From: a virus
Lineage: Duplodnaviria > Caudoviricetes
IMG/VR virus record: IMGVR_UViG_3300026116_000035
DNA: 64,000 bases
Reading direction: 5' to 3' (one strand)
Below the pieces are notes generated by a model. The model saw nothing but the letters and a program-made list of their open reading frames with translations. It was not told the origin of the DNA and did not search any database. The position numbers and the translations under genes were made by a program. Position 1 is the stretch's first letter. Each line of letters starts with the position of its first letter. Shown here piece by piece: positions 1 to 9,822 of the stretch.

Positions 1-1
1 A

Positions 2-814
2 AAATTAGCTAATCAATTGGATGATCCTGATAGTGAAATTATTATGGCTTCAGAAAATGATGAGCATATGCTTAATATTGTAAGTTATGCTTTGGTACAT
101 GCGGCTGGAATTTTAAGAAAAGCGGCAAAAGATGTATTAAAAATTGAGCCAGCTATTGATGCAGATAGTTTGCAAGAGTTATCATTAGTGGCGGCAGATT
201 TAGATTTAGATGAAGAATTGAGTAAATATGCGGATGGTATTGATACTGCCTTAGATCTTTTTAGTAAATCTTCTGAAAAAGATAGTGAATCGATTGAAAA
301 TGTTGGTAAATTAGCTGAAATATTTGATAAATCAGAAAATGAATCCTTAAATAAATTAGCTTCTGTGTTAGATGAAATTTTATTAACTATTGGTGCACCG
401 AAAGATTCAGTTCAAAAGATTAAATCAGCTGAAGATAGTGAAATTGAGAAAATAAGAAATAAACATCGTAAGCCTTCTTCGGATTTTTTTTCGTTAGGAA
501 ATGAAAAAAAACAAGAGATGGAAGATGCTGCAGTTAAGGCAATAAATGAAAAAGTTAAAGAATATAAGCCTATGGAGCATGCATTAAATACTAGATATTG
601 TCCAGATCATGCTGGCGTGAGTTTAATGCGAATTGGCGATGGTGTATGGCAGTGTGAATTAGATAAAAAAATATACGATTTTAATAGTGGTTATACAACG
701 TTAGATGGTGATAAAGTTCCAGGTACTAGTGTTTCTAATCAAACTCAAAATTTAAGAGATCACGCACCGGAACATATTAATTTTTCTAATCGTGAGCAGA
801 AGCTTAACGGCTGA
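2..814 (+). CDS. Hypothetical head-associated protein, 5'-truncated, with C-terminal Zn-ribbon-like motif
   Basis: The frame is open from base 2 (KLANQLDD...), so the gene begins upstream of the window. Helical acidic body with KxA motifs. C-terminal RYCPDH...WQCELD resembles a metal-binding ribbon. Confidence 0.6.
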   Translation, partial: KLANQLDDPDSEIIMASENDEHMLNIVSYALVHAAGILRKAAKDVLKIEPAIDADSLQELSLVAADLDLDEELSKYADGIDTALDLFSKSSEKDSESIENVGKLAEIFDKSENESLNKLASVLDEILLTIGAPKDSVQKIKSAEDSEIEKIRNKHRKPSSDFFSLGNEKKQEMEDAAVKAINEKVKEYKPMEHALNTRYCPDHAGVSLMRIGDGVWQCELDKKIYDFNSGYTTLDGDKVPGTSVSNQTQNLRDHAPEHINFSNREQKLNG

Positions 815-889
815 TATAGATTACCTTTAAATGGAGGTATAAATGCCGATTAACAATAAATTTAAACAAAATAATAAAGAGGCAGATTA

Positions 890-1639
890 ATGGCAGTTGA
901 CTATAGTAAAATACTGAGTCATCCAGAATCTGAATCTATTATAAGTAAATTAGTTTCTGGTATTACTCCGAAAGATATAGCTGAGTATTTAAAAATTAAA
1001 TACCAAGGTAAAGATGAAGCGCATTTACGTCTTTCTGCGGCTTTATTAAAAGATTTTATAGATTCTAATTTAAATTTATACGAAACTTTAAATCAAGATA
1101 TTCAAGCTGCAAAAAATGGCAATCTTGATAAAAAAGTATCAGCTTTTTTGCGAAATAATAGAACATATCAGCAAATTATGGTCGAAATGGCTGATAAAGA
1201 AGTTGATGTTAAGAAAATGTTACAAAAAGTTGCAGTATTGCTTGAAGTTCGTTTAGAGCAATTCTGGGATAAAATGCAAGAAAATCCAGCTAATTTAAAA
1301 GCTGATTATGGTTTATTGAAATATTTTGAAACACTTATGAATTATACAGAAAAGTATAATAAAATTGTAAATCAAAGTCCAGATCAGATTATACAACATA
1401 ATGTAACGGTTCAAGTGATGGATCAATATGTTGCAATTTTTCAAGATGCAATAAGGGAGACGTTAGCTGAGATCGATCCTGATTCTGCCTTTTCATTTAT
1501 GGAAAAATTTAATGAAAAATTCCAAAATTTACAACTTCCTGAGCAAATGAAGGTGAGTAAGCCGTTAACAACTGAGAAAAGATATTTGGAGGCAGAAGTA
1601 TTATCTACAAAATTAGAAGAAATTGAAGGAAAATCGTGA
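890..1639 (+). CDS. Hypothetical helical protein (possible terminase small subunit)
   Basis: 249-aa ORF with GAGG-like RBS upstream. All-helical pattern with a central beta segment (IIQHNVTVQV), about 4.5 kb upstream of terL. The TerS assignment rests on position and size only. Confidence 0.4.
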   Translation: MAVDYSKILSHPESESIISKLVSGITPKDIAEYLKIKYQGKDEAHLRLSAALLKDFIDSNLNLYETLNQDIQAAKNGNLDKKVSAFLRNNRTYQQIMVEMADKEVDVKKMLQKVAVLLEVRLEQFWDKMQENPANLKADYGLLKYFETLMNYTEKYNKIVNQSPDQIIQHNVTVQVMDQYVAIFQDAIRETLAEIDPDSAFSFMEKFNEKFQNLQLPEQMKVSKPLTTEKRYLEAEVLSTKLEEIEGKS

Positions 1640-3120
1640 ATCCAATAGATAAAATTGCATATCCTGTAGGTGGAGAATTTTTATATGTAAATCCTCCGCA
1701 TAATATTGAAGCATGGATGAATACATTAAAACACATTTATGTTTTAACTAATAAGGGTATGGATTTTAATAAAGCATTAGATGTAATTACTGAAAAATGG
1801 GATAATATGGATAAGCGAGATTTTAAAAATTGGATTGCTTTTTATCAACAAGGTGGTCATACGGCATATAAAAAAGCAGAATTAGAAAAAAATGCTCAAT
1901 ATATGCCTGGAGCTTTTTTGGATATGAATGAATTACGTTCTGTAATTCCTGGAGTTCCTACAAGATATGAAGAAGATGAAGTTCCAAATCAAGAAATTAT
2001 ATCTCAAAAAACTGACAAACAAAGACGAGAAGAGCAGGAAAAGCAAGAGAAAGAATATATTGATCAACAAATTAAAGCATTAATTGGTAGATTAAATGCC
2101 GCTGAAAGAATAGCTACAACTCGTGGTATTGATAAAGCTTTAGGTCCTGTATATGAAAATTGGTTAAAAGCGCTTCATGATTTAAAAAGAGAAATCCAAG
2201 TTGCTCCTTTTAGAACTGTAAAATCATCTTTATTAATTGATTTAATTGTTAGGAAGGGTAATCAATTATTTGCTAATGGTTATGAAAAATCTGCTCAAAT
2301 TATGTATAAATTAGCACAAGTAGCCCCACCGCCATTAGAAAATGTTCCGGAATTGCCAGCAGAACCTTCTTTGGAAACTACTACAGATCCGGCTACGTCT
2401 GAAATGCCAACAGAATTACCTAATATAGAACCATCAAATGATAAAAAAGATGAAGATTGGGTGGAAGAATTTTTAAATGGATTAAATGGTATTGTTGATT
2501 CTAGTGAGGCAGATGATGAACTTTCTGTTTCGGATGGTGATTTAACTATTACAGCTCAAGCGGCACCAGTGCTTCCGGCAAGTCCAGTTGAAAAAGCTCC
2601 AGTAGATTTAGGAAGTGAGTTAGAACAGGCATTAGCACATGTAACAATTGATGAAGTTATTGGTAAATTAGAAGTTGTTTCTAATATATTTAAAAATCGT
2701 GAAATTTCAAGACAGTTAGCTATGGTAGATATAATGATGGATCAACTTGGCATTTCATCATTTTTCCCGGAATTAGCTGAAGCAACTTCGAAATCTTTAG
2801 AATCAAATCAATATTGTTCTACTCGTGTTGAAGATATTTTAGGTAGATTAAAGGGTAGTGTTAATGTACCGGCTGATCAAGCTTTGGATTTAGAAGGAAA
2901 TGAACCTGGTGCAGCTGAGGGTAATGCTGTAAATCTTAAAAATCAATTAAATATTGAAAAACAGAAAGAAGATGCTCGTAAAAAGAGTAGAGAAGAAGCT
3001 TCAGAAGCAGCGGAAGATGCGGCAATAAGCAATAAACAAGCTCCTCAGGCAGTAAATACAGAAGCATTAAATCAACCGACTGAAGTTCAAGCTCCAACGG
3101 CTCCAGGAGTTAGGGTTTAA
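1636..3120 (+). CDS. Hypothetical probable internal head protein
   Basis: 494 aa, GTGA overlap with the upstream gene. Multiple KxA motifs (DKIAY, KKAEL, EKNAQ, EKSAQ, YKLAQ), coiled-coil segments and a Pro/Glu-rich linker. Confidence 0.6.
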   Translation: MNPIDKIAYPVGGEFLYVNPPHNIEAWMNTLKHIYVLTNKGMDFNKALDVITEKWDNMDKRDFKNWIAFYQQGGHTAYKKAELEKNAQYMPGAFLDMNELRSVIPGVPTRYEEDEVPNQEIISQKTDKQRREEQEKQEKEYIDQQIKALIGRLNAAERIATTRGIDKALGPVYENWLKALHDLKREIQVAPFRTVKSSLLIDLIVRKGNQLFANGYEKSAQIMYKLAQVAPPPLENVPELPAEPSLETTTDPATSEMPTELPNIEPSNDKKDEDWVEEFLNGLNGIVDSSEADDELSVSDGDLTITAQAAPVLPASPVEKAPVDLGSELEQALAHVTIDEVIGKLEVVSNIFKNREISRQLAMVDIMMDQLGISSFFPELAEATSKSLESNQYCSTRVEDILGRLKGSVNVPADQALDLEGNEPGAAEGNAVNLKNQLNIEKQKEDARKKSREEASEAAEDAAISNKQAPQAVNTEALNQPTEVQAPTAPGVRV

Positions 3121-3123
3121 TGA

Positions 3124-3876
3124 ATGAATTTATCTGAAATCCTTAGCATATTATCCGGAATAGCTGCCGAAATGAATAGTAATATTTTTATCGTTGGCGG
3201 AGCTCCACGTGATAAGGTTATGGGTTTATCTAATAATATTGAAGATATAGATTTAACTTCTGGCGATAATAAAATTCATTATATTGCAAAAGAAGCTTCA
3301 ATTAAATTAAAAGATATTAATTCTGTATATAAAGTTTTAGATGATGGGCATGCACAGATAACTATTGGTGGATTTAAATTAGATTTTTCTTCTAATTTTA
3401 ATATACCTGATATTAAAAATATATTGCAAAAGGCTGGATTAAAAGGCCCTAGTGATATGCAGGCTGAATTATATTCTAGAGATTTTACTTGTAATACTTT
3501 GCTTATGAGTTTGGATTTAAAGCAAATTTTAGATCCAACTGGTTTAGCTTTAAAAGATATTAAATCAAAAATTTTAAGAACTTGTTTACCTGCAGCTGTA
3601 ACTTTAGGTTATGATAATAAAAGAGTTGTAAGAATTCTTTATATGGCCGCCAAACTTAATTTTGATGTAGATGAAGAGATAATTAAATGGGTGAAAGAAA
3701 ATCCAAGTAGTATTGCTAATTGTTCTCAAAATTATTTAATAAAAAAATTAGCTAAATCAATTGAGTATAATAAAGATAAAACTGTAGAATTATTAGATAA
3801 AATGAATTTGTGGAAATCTATTCCTCCAATTAAAGATTTACAATCAATAATGGCTAAAAATCCGGAGAGAGTATGA
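3124..3876 (+). CDS. cca: CCA-adding/poly(A) polymerase family (class II) nucleotidyltransferase, short form
   Basis: Motif A IVGGAPRD...DIDL, motif B SRDFTCNTL, DPTGLALKDI, and motif D-like YDNKRVVR. No bacterial PAP signature (GRRF) is visible. At 250 aa it lacks most of the body/tail domains. Confidence 0.85.
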   Translation: MNLSEILSILSGIAAEMNSNIFIVGGAPRDKVMGLSNNIEDIDLTSGDNKIHYIAKEASIKLKDINSVYKVLDDGHAQITIGGFKLDFSSNFNIPDIKNILQKAGLKGPSDMQAELYSRDFTCNTLLMSLDLKQILDPTGLALKDIKSKILRTCLPAAVTLGYDNKRVVRILYMAAKLNFDVDEEIIKWVKENPSSIANCSQNYLIKKLAKSIEYNKDKTVELLDKMNLWKSIPPIKDLQSIMAKNPERV

Positions 3877-4502
3877 AAAATCCTAAATCATTTCAGGCGA
3901 TGAATAAAGAATTTCAATATCTTTGGAATAAATTTGAAAGAGATGATTGGAAAGTCGAAAATCTTGGAGAATATTGTGAAGCTTTAGAGTGTATGGTTAT
4001 GAATTATTTAACTAGAAATAATGCATTAAAACCAAAAGAAGCTGGAGAAATATTATTTAAAAATTATGATTATATAGATCAATCTAAATCTGAAAAAGAA
4101 AATAATGAATCTGGCCCTGGTGGCGGATTGTATAATGGTAAAATGGATAAATATAAATCGGTTAAAGATTTTATTAATTCAGATAGAAAAATGAAAAGAA
4201 AGCAGCGGAAAAAGAAATTAGTTCATTTAATGGCAGAAGATTTGAGTGATATACCTGAAGATGTATTAAATGAGGATGAAGATAAAAAAGATGAGGATGA
4301 AGAGGTAGCTTTGGTAGGAAGTTCATTTATTAATAGAGTCGATCCTTATCCAACATATGATAGTTCTTTTGCCCAGCCGGTTGGGTATTTATTTGATAAT
4401 GATACGATGAGAAATGGGTATATTGGTTTATATAGTGTTTGGGGAAATGAAATAAATAATACTAGTAAATTGGCAGAAGTATATTATGATTTGATTAAAT
4501 AA
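3873..4502 (+). CDS. Hypothetical protein
   Basis: 209-aa ORF with ATGA overlap. GPGGGLY motif, then a basic helix (KRKQRKKKLVHLMAED), then an acidic tract. Confidence 0.6.
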   Translation: MKNPKSFQAMNKEFQYLWNKFERDDWKVENLGEYCEALECMVMNYLTRNNALKPKEAGEILFKNYDYIDQSKSEKENNESGPGGGLYNGKMDKYKSVKDFINSDRKMKRKQRKKKLVHLMAEDLSDIPEDVLNEDEDKKDEDEEVALVGSSFINRVDPYPTYDSSFAQPVGYLFDNDTMRNGYIGLYSVWGNEINNTSKLAEVYYDLIK

Positions 4503-4564
4503 GTAATAATTCGATATATTATAAGTAAAACCAAGTATTTTCGTCTGGTTAAGGAATTAAAAAC

Positions 4565-5470
4565 ATGAGTTTAGCAAAAACTGCACAATTATCATCTTCA
4601 AAATTAGATAAAGATCTATTATACATAACTGACGAAGATTTATCTGTATCTGAAGAGGAATGTGAGCCGGAGGATAAAGATGATAAACCTTCCGGAGAAG
4701 TTATTGTATTGGTTACTGAAGAGCCAAAAGAAGAAGTTGAGGAAATTTCTTTTGAATTACCATTAGTTCCTGGTGGTGATTCTCAGGATGAGCTTGAAGA
4801 CGAAAATGATTTATCTGTGGAAGAAGAGGAAGATAAAATAGAGGTAGCTGAGCCTGGCGTTTGGGATTGGAAGGCTCATTTTCCTAAGAATTTTCATATT
4901 TGGTTGAAGAATATGATGTCAAATCCTCCGAAGCATACTGGATTAGATTCAGTAGGTATTGAGCGCTGTGTAGCTTATTTTCAGAAATTAAATACGATTA
5001 TATCACAAGCAGTTCGTTTGGATGTAGATGGTGTTTTAAACATTAATTTAATTGAAAAAGCACGTGAAGAAATTCATAAGGCAATTGATCGATTAAATGA
5101 AAGATTAGATCGTATAAATAGTAATAAATTTAAGAAAAAGAAGAAAGCTGATGAGGATTCTGAAGTATTTGTAAAAGAAGCTCAAAAAGCCGCAGGAGTT
5201 TACGGTAGAATTTCTGTGGTCGTACCTTTATTAATTTCACATATTGCTAGAGTTTGTATTAATAGTGTTGTTAGTGCCGGCAAAAATTTAGAACAAGTAT
5301 TTGATCAAATGGCAAAAAAATATGAGTTAACAACACGGGAAAAAGCGGAGTTAATACAGTTATTATGTGATATGGGCTTTCCGCTTCGTCATCGTGAAGT
5401 TGATTTGGATTCAGATTTTGACGCTTCTTCAGAAAATAATCCAGATTATATTGCTAATTACTTCGCTTAA
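4565..5470 (+). CDS. Hypothetical acidic head-associated protein
   Basis: 301 aa, AAGGA RBS. N-terminal LAKTAQ, a Glu/Asp-rich segment, and KKKADE and VKEAQ motifs. Confidence 0.6.
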   Translation: MSLAKTAQLSSSKLDKDLLYITDEDLSVSEEECEPEDKDDKPSGEVIVLVTEEPKEEVEEISFELPLVPGGDSQDELEDENDLSVEEEEDKIEVAEPGVWDWKAHFPKNFHIWLKNMMSNPPKHTGLDSVGIERCVAYFQKLNTIISQAVRLDVDGVLNINLIEKAREEIHKAIDRLNERLDRINSNKFKKKKKADEDSEVFVKEAQKAAGVYGRISVVVPLLISHIARVCINSVVSAGKNLEQVFDQMAKKYELTTREKAELIQLLCDMGFPLRHREVDLDSDFDASSENNPDYIANYFA

Positions 5471-5481
5471 TAGGAAAAATA

Positions 5482-6111
5482 ATGTCTAGAGTTCTTAAAA
5501 TTTCAACATATGCAGAAGATAAAGAGTTTGAAGAAGGTGAACAGAAGTTATCTCCTATGTTATCGCAATTTGCAAAAGCTGTAATTCCACCAAATGCAGT
5601 AGAACAAGCTCGTGCAAGAAATGCTCAATCAGTAATGCAACAATTAACTTCGATCATGGCAAATAAACCACGATATGCCACTGTAGATGATGCTGTAAGA
5701 GATATGCAAGAGCGTACTGGTTTAAATCTTCATCTTGAAAATATTAAATCTGCAAAAAAAAAAGTAAATAAGCAAGCTCATGAATTAGTGGATATTCCAG
5801 AATCATTAAAAAAATATGATTTTGTGGGTAATATTGTAAATTATATTAAAAATAATATAAAAAATACAAATGGTGTTGGAAATTCTGTACCTCAATTACA
5901 GCATGATATTTTGTCATTATTTTCAAAAGATGGTTTAGCTCCTCAAGACATTTTAAATGACGAAGTATCTAAATATCTTAGTGATTGTATTTTAGAACAG
6001 CAAAAAATGCTTCCAAGTGATTCTGATAATGGGCAACTAGGCTTTGGTGTTGGAAAAGACCTAGTATTTGAAAATGAAGATCCTTGGAGTGGATTAATGC
6101 CCAGTAAATAA
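5482..6111 (+). CDS. Hypothetical protein
   Basis: 209-aa ORF with AGGA RBS, immediately upstream of terL. Confidence 0.6.
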   Translation: MSRVLKISTYAEDKEFEEGEQKLSPMLSQFAKAVIPPNAVEQARARNAQSVMQQLTSIMANKPRYATVDDAVRDMQERTGLNLHLENIKSAKKKVNKQAHELVDIPESLKKYDFVGNIVNYIKNNIKNTNGVGNSVPQLQHDILSLFSKDGLAPQDILNDEVSKYLSDCILEQQKMLPSDSDNGQLGFGVGKDLVFENEDPWSGLMPSK

Positions 6112-6119
6112 AGTATTAA

Positions 6120-7937
6120 ATGCAAGATAGTATTTTTGAAAAATTTAAAGATAATATATCGAATTTAGATCCTGTACATTGGATAGAAAAAAATTTAACT
6201 TTAGACGGTAAACCTTTCCGAATTAACGGAAATGGATATAAAGCATTTAGCGATATTTATAGATATATTGGTGTAACTGCAACTCAACGTGATTCTAAGC
6301 CTATATGTTTAGTAAAAGGCCGTCAGGTTGGTGGTTCGAGTTTAGCTTGTGCATTATCTTTATATTTTGGAGCATCTGGTATTTTTGGAACCGGCAATCG
6401 GCCTCCAATGCGTGTTATTCATTGTTTTCCTACATTAGTTCACGTTTTTACTTATGCTAAAACTAAATTAAATCCAACTATTTCTTCGGCTGTACTATCT
6501 CCTAATAAAGTTCGTGGAAAAGTTAAATCTGTAATTGAAGAAAAACTGGATGTTTCAACTCCGGCGAATGATTCTTTACAATATAAACAATTTGTTGGAG
6601 GTAATTTTTTACGAGTTGAATCTACAGGTTTAGATGCATCAAGACTTCGTGGTTCTACTGGTGATTGTAATTTTTATGATGAAGTTCAGGATATTCCGGC
6701 TGAAGCTATATCGAATGCAAATAAATTATTAACTACTGCTCATTATGGGCGAGTTGGTGAAGGTATTCAGCTTTATTTTGGTACGCCTAAACAAAAAGGT
6801 TCAGCTTATTGGAATATTTGGAATGCGTCAACAAAACAATATTTTCATTTAGGTTGTGAATCTTGTAATGAATTATTTCCTCTGTATACGCCAGGGTCAG
6901 ATGCTTGGGAAAAAATTTGGCTTTATGGATTTGTAGTTAAGTGTCCTCATTGTGGTTGTGAGCAAGATAAACGTGAAGCAACAGAAAGAGGAAAATGGGT
7001 AGCATTAGGAGATCCTGATGCTGAATATATTGGATTTCACATTAATCAATTATATTTACCATATTTTGATAAAGAATATATTATTTCTCAAAAACCAGAA
7101 AATCATCCAATTAATACAGAAAGAGCGTATCAAAATGAAGTTCTTGGAGAATTTTATTCTGGAGACGCTAGTCCAATTACACCTGAGGAAATTCAACAAA
7201 AATGTGCTGATTCTGGTCGTAAATTTAGAGCATCAATTAGTTCTTCAGAAAATAAAAATGTATATGCAGGATTTGACTGGGGTAAGAAAAAAGATGTTGA
7301 AGGATCTCAAGGTCAATCTTATAGCACAACGGTTTTATTGAGTGATGATGGAAAAGGTTTATTAAGTGTAGAATTTTTTACGTTATTAAAACGTAATGAT
7401 TTTGAGGAGAAAAAATCAATTGTAGATCAAATGTTTAGACAATATAGTGTTAAATTAGGGGTTGGTGATATTGGATATGCTAATGATTTAACTGAAATAT
7501 TGCAAAAGGAGCATGGAGATCGATTTATTGCAAGCGAAGCTTCTGGACATGTAAATGGTCATCAAAAATATGTTGATGAATATTTTCCTAAGCGTGTAGT
7601 TTTTGAAAAAGATTATTATATTGCTGAAGTTTATGGGTTATTAAAAAAGGGAATGATTAGATTTCCATATGGTGATTATGAAAAGATAGCTACTTTAATT
7701 CAGCATATTTGTAGTATGGAAATAAAAACTACAATGAATAGATTAGGAGAGCCTCAGCAAAAGTATGTGAAAGGACCTACGCCTAACGATGCTTTTGCTG
7801 CGTTAATAAATGCTTATATTGCTTATAAATTTGATATAACTAAGGGTTTTAAGAATGGACCTGGAGGAAGTCCATTTAATCAAAGTGGAAATAGACAAAT
7901 ACCGGCAGTTTTGGGTTTCGCTCCAAAATTCAGATAG
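6120..7937 (+). CDS. terL: Terminase large subunit (GpA-like)
   Basis: Walker A KGRQVGGS, Walker B FYDEVQD, coupling motif FGTP, Cys-rich insert CESC...CPHC typical of lambda GpA-like terminases, nuclease motif AGFDWG and C-terminal PNDAFAA. Directly followed by portal. Confidence 0.93.
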   Translation: MQDSIFEKFKDNISNLDPVHWIEKNLTLDGKPFRINGNGYKAFSDIYRYIGVTATQRDSKPICLVKGRQVGGSSLACALSLYFGASGIFGTGNRPPMRVIHCFPTLVHVFTYAKTKLNPTISSAVLSPNKVRGKVKSVIEEKLDVSTPANDSLQYKQFVGGNFLRVESTGLDASRLRGSTGDCNFYDEVQDIPAEAISNANKLLTTAHYGRVGEGIQLYFGTPKQKGSAYWNIWNASTKQYFHLGCESCNELFPLYTPGSDAWEKIWLYGFVVKCPHCGCEQDKREATERGKWVALGDPDAEYIGFHINQLYLPYFDKEYIISQKPENHPINTERAYQNEVLGEFYSGDASPITPEEIQQKCADSGRKFRASISSSENKNVYAGFDWGKKKDVEGSQGQSYSTTVLLSDDGKGLLSVEFFTLLKRNDFEEKKSIVDQMFRQYSVKLGVGDIGYANDLTEILQKEHGDRFIASEASGHVNGHQKYVDEYFPKRVVFEKDYYIAEVYGLLKKGMIRFPYGDYEKIATLIQHICSMEIKTTMNRLGEPQQKYVKGPTPNDAFAALINAYIAYKFDITKGFKNGPGGSPFNQSGNRQIPAVLGFAPKFR

Positions 7938-8011
7938 TTTATTAAATTACATTATATCAATAAATTTCCATATAATCATGCGAAGTTTTAATTGATATAT
8001 AAGATAATAAT

Positions 8012-9751
8012 ATGAATAAATCTGAAGAGTTTTTAAAATCCAGAGAGCAACCGCCATTAGTTACTCCAAATATGTGGAAAAGTGTATCAGCATATAGGCG
8101 AGATCTTTTGGAACAAGAGGCTTCTGAAGGTAAATTTCGTGAGCCTGGTGGAAGTCCAAATTACGGTATTTCTAAAAGTGGAGCTGGAAATGTAGTTGCT
8201 GCTAAATTTGCACAACAGGCTAATTCAGTTTCTGGGACGAGTGGAGCAAATTGGCGAGGATCGGGCGGGACAGTTCAAATGACTCCCGAGGTTTATTCGC
8301 CATTATGGTTAAATTCTAATTTAAATTTACCTCGAGATAGAGCAACGGTTAATGCTTGGGCTCGTGCATTTTTTGCATTAAATCCCATAGTTCAGAATGC
8401 TATTTCTTTACATTCTACATATCCGATATCTAAATTAAATATTAAATGTAAAGATGAAAAAGTACAGAAATTTTTCCAGGAAATGTGTGAAGAAATAGAT
8501 TTAATGAATGTTTGCACGCAGATAGCTCAAGAATATTGGACTGTAGGTGAGGCATTTGTTTACGCTGAATTAGATGAAAGAGCTTTAAAATGGAGCCGAT
8601 TATTAATTCAAAATCCAGATTATATAGTTGTTCAACGTTCAGTTGTTGCTGGTGAACCTATTATTAGTTTACGTCCTGATGAAAATTTAAGAAGAATTTG
8701 TACTAGTAATAAACCTTCAGATATTCAGCAAAAAAAATCATTAAGCAAAAATATAATTGAAGCAGTTAAACGTGGTGAAAATATTCCATTAAGTAATTTT
8801 TATGTATCTCATTTAGCTAGAAGAATTAGTCCATATGAAATTAGGGGTACTAGTTTAATTGTAAGTTGTTTTCGATCACTTCAGTTATGGGATCAAATTA
8901 AAGAATGTAAATATGCTCAAACTGGCGATATGATAAATCCTTTGCGTATATTTAAGGTAGGTGGGGGTGTTTCTAATTATCAACCAACTCCTGCAGATTT
9001 AGAACAGTGGAGATTAGTTATTGAGGAAGCTTCTAATAATAAAAATTTCAAATTAATTACTCATGATGGTTTTAGTGCTGAAACTGTAGGGGCAGGATCC
9101 GGAATATACGATACTTCTGCAGATATTACGCAATTAATGAAGGAAATGTATATTGGGTTGATGGTTCCAAATGTTATTATGGATGGCGGTGGAGATATTT
9201 CTTATCAAAATGGTGGGGTGGCGTTGGACGTATTAAGACAGCGTTATACACAATTTAGAAATTATTTAACAAATTGGCTTCGTAGGAAAATATTTGCTCC
9301 AATATCTAAGATGAATGAATTTTATGATTATTCAAATGGAAAAAAAATATTAATTGTTCCAGATGTTGATTGGAATCATATGTCATTATTTGATACTAGT
9401 GATTATATTCAACAATTAACTACATTGGCTACAGCTCAACCTCCAAGAGTTAGTAATCAAACACTATATAAATCTCTCGGTTTAGAGTATGAAGATGAAT
9501 TAAGAAAGATTCGTCGAGAGCAAATTGATTTAGCTATTCAGACTAGAGAAGTAAATACATTAAATGCTATGTCATTAAATGATTTGAGAGCATTAGGTAC
9601 AGAGTCTGAAATTAAGGAAATAGTAGATAGGTTACCGGGTGAATCTCCGTATGAAGAACCTATACCTGGGTCTGAAGGTGGAAATTCTATTCCGCCACCT
9701 CCACCAAATCCTTCTCCGTTTAGTAGTCCTTCCGCTCCATTATCAAAATAA
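8012..9751 (+). CDS. Portal protein
   Basis: 579 aa directly after terL. Portal-like segments NPIVQNAISLHSTYP, YWTVGEAFVY, IQNPDYI, HLARRISPYEIRGTS, NPLRIFKVG, and a Pro-rich tail. Confidence 0.88.
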   Translation: MNKSEEFLKSREQPPLVTPNMWKSVSAYRRDLLEQEASEGKFREPGGSPNYGISKSGAGNVVAAKFAQQANSVSGTSGANWRGSGGTVQMTPEVYSPLWLNSNLNLPRDRATVNAWARAFFALNPIVQNAISLHSTYPISKLNIKCKDEKVQKFFQEMCEEIDLMNVCTQIAQEYWTVGEAFVYAELDERALKWSRLLIQNPDYIVVQRSVVAGEPIISLRPDENLRRICTSNKPSDIQQKKSLSKNIIEAVKRGENIPLSNFYVSHLARRISPYEIRGTSLIVSCFRSLQLWDQIKECKYAQTGDMINPLRIFKVGGGVSNYQPTPADLEQWRLVIEEASNNKNFKLITHDGFSAETVGAGSGIYDTSADITQLMKEMYIGLMVPNVIMDGGGDISYQNGGVALDVLRQRYTQFRNYLTNWLRRKIFAPISKMNEFYDYSNGKKILIVPDVDWNHMSLFDTSDYIQQLTTLATAQPPRVSNQTLYKSLGLEYEDELRKIRREQIDLAIQTREVNTLNAMSLNDLRALGTESEIKEIVDRLPGESPYEEPIPGSEGGNSIPPPPPNPSPFSSPSAPLSK

Positions 9752-9822
9752 ATATTTGATATATAACTACTTTTTAGGTATATAATTGAACTTTATTTAA
9801 AAATAGATTTTGGGAGTAGTGA

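Noticed and set aside
3124-3876. Bacterial poly(A) polymerase (pcnB) call
   Set aside because: The PAP-specific GRRF-type signature after motif A is absent, so a CCA-family assignment is preferred, although specificity is untested.
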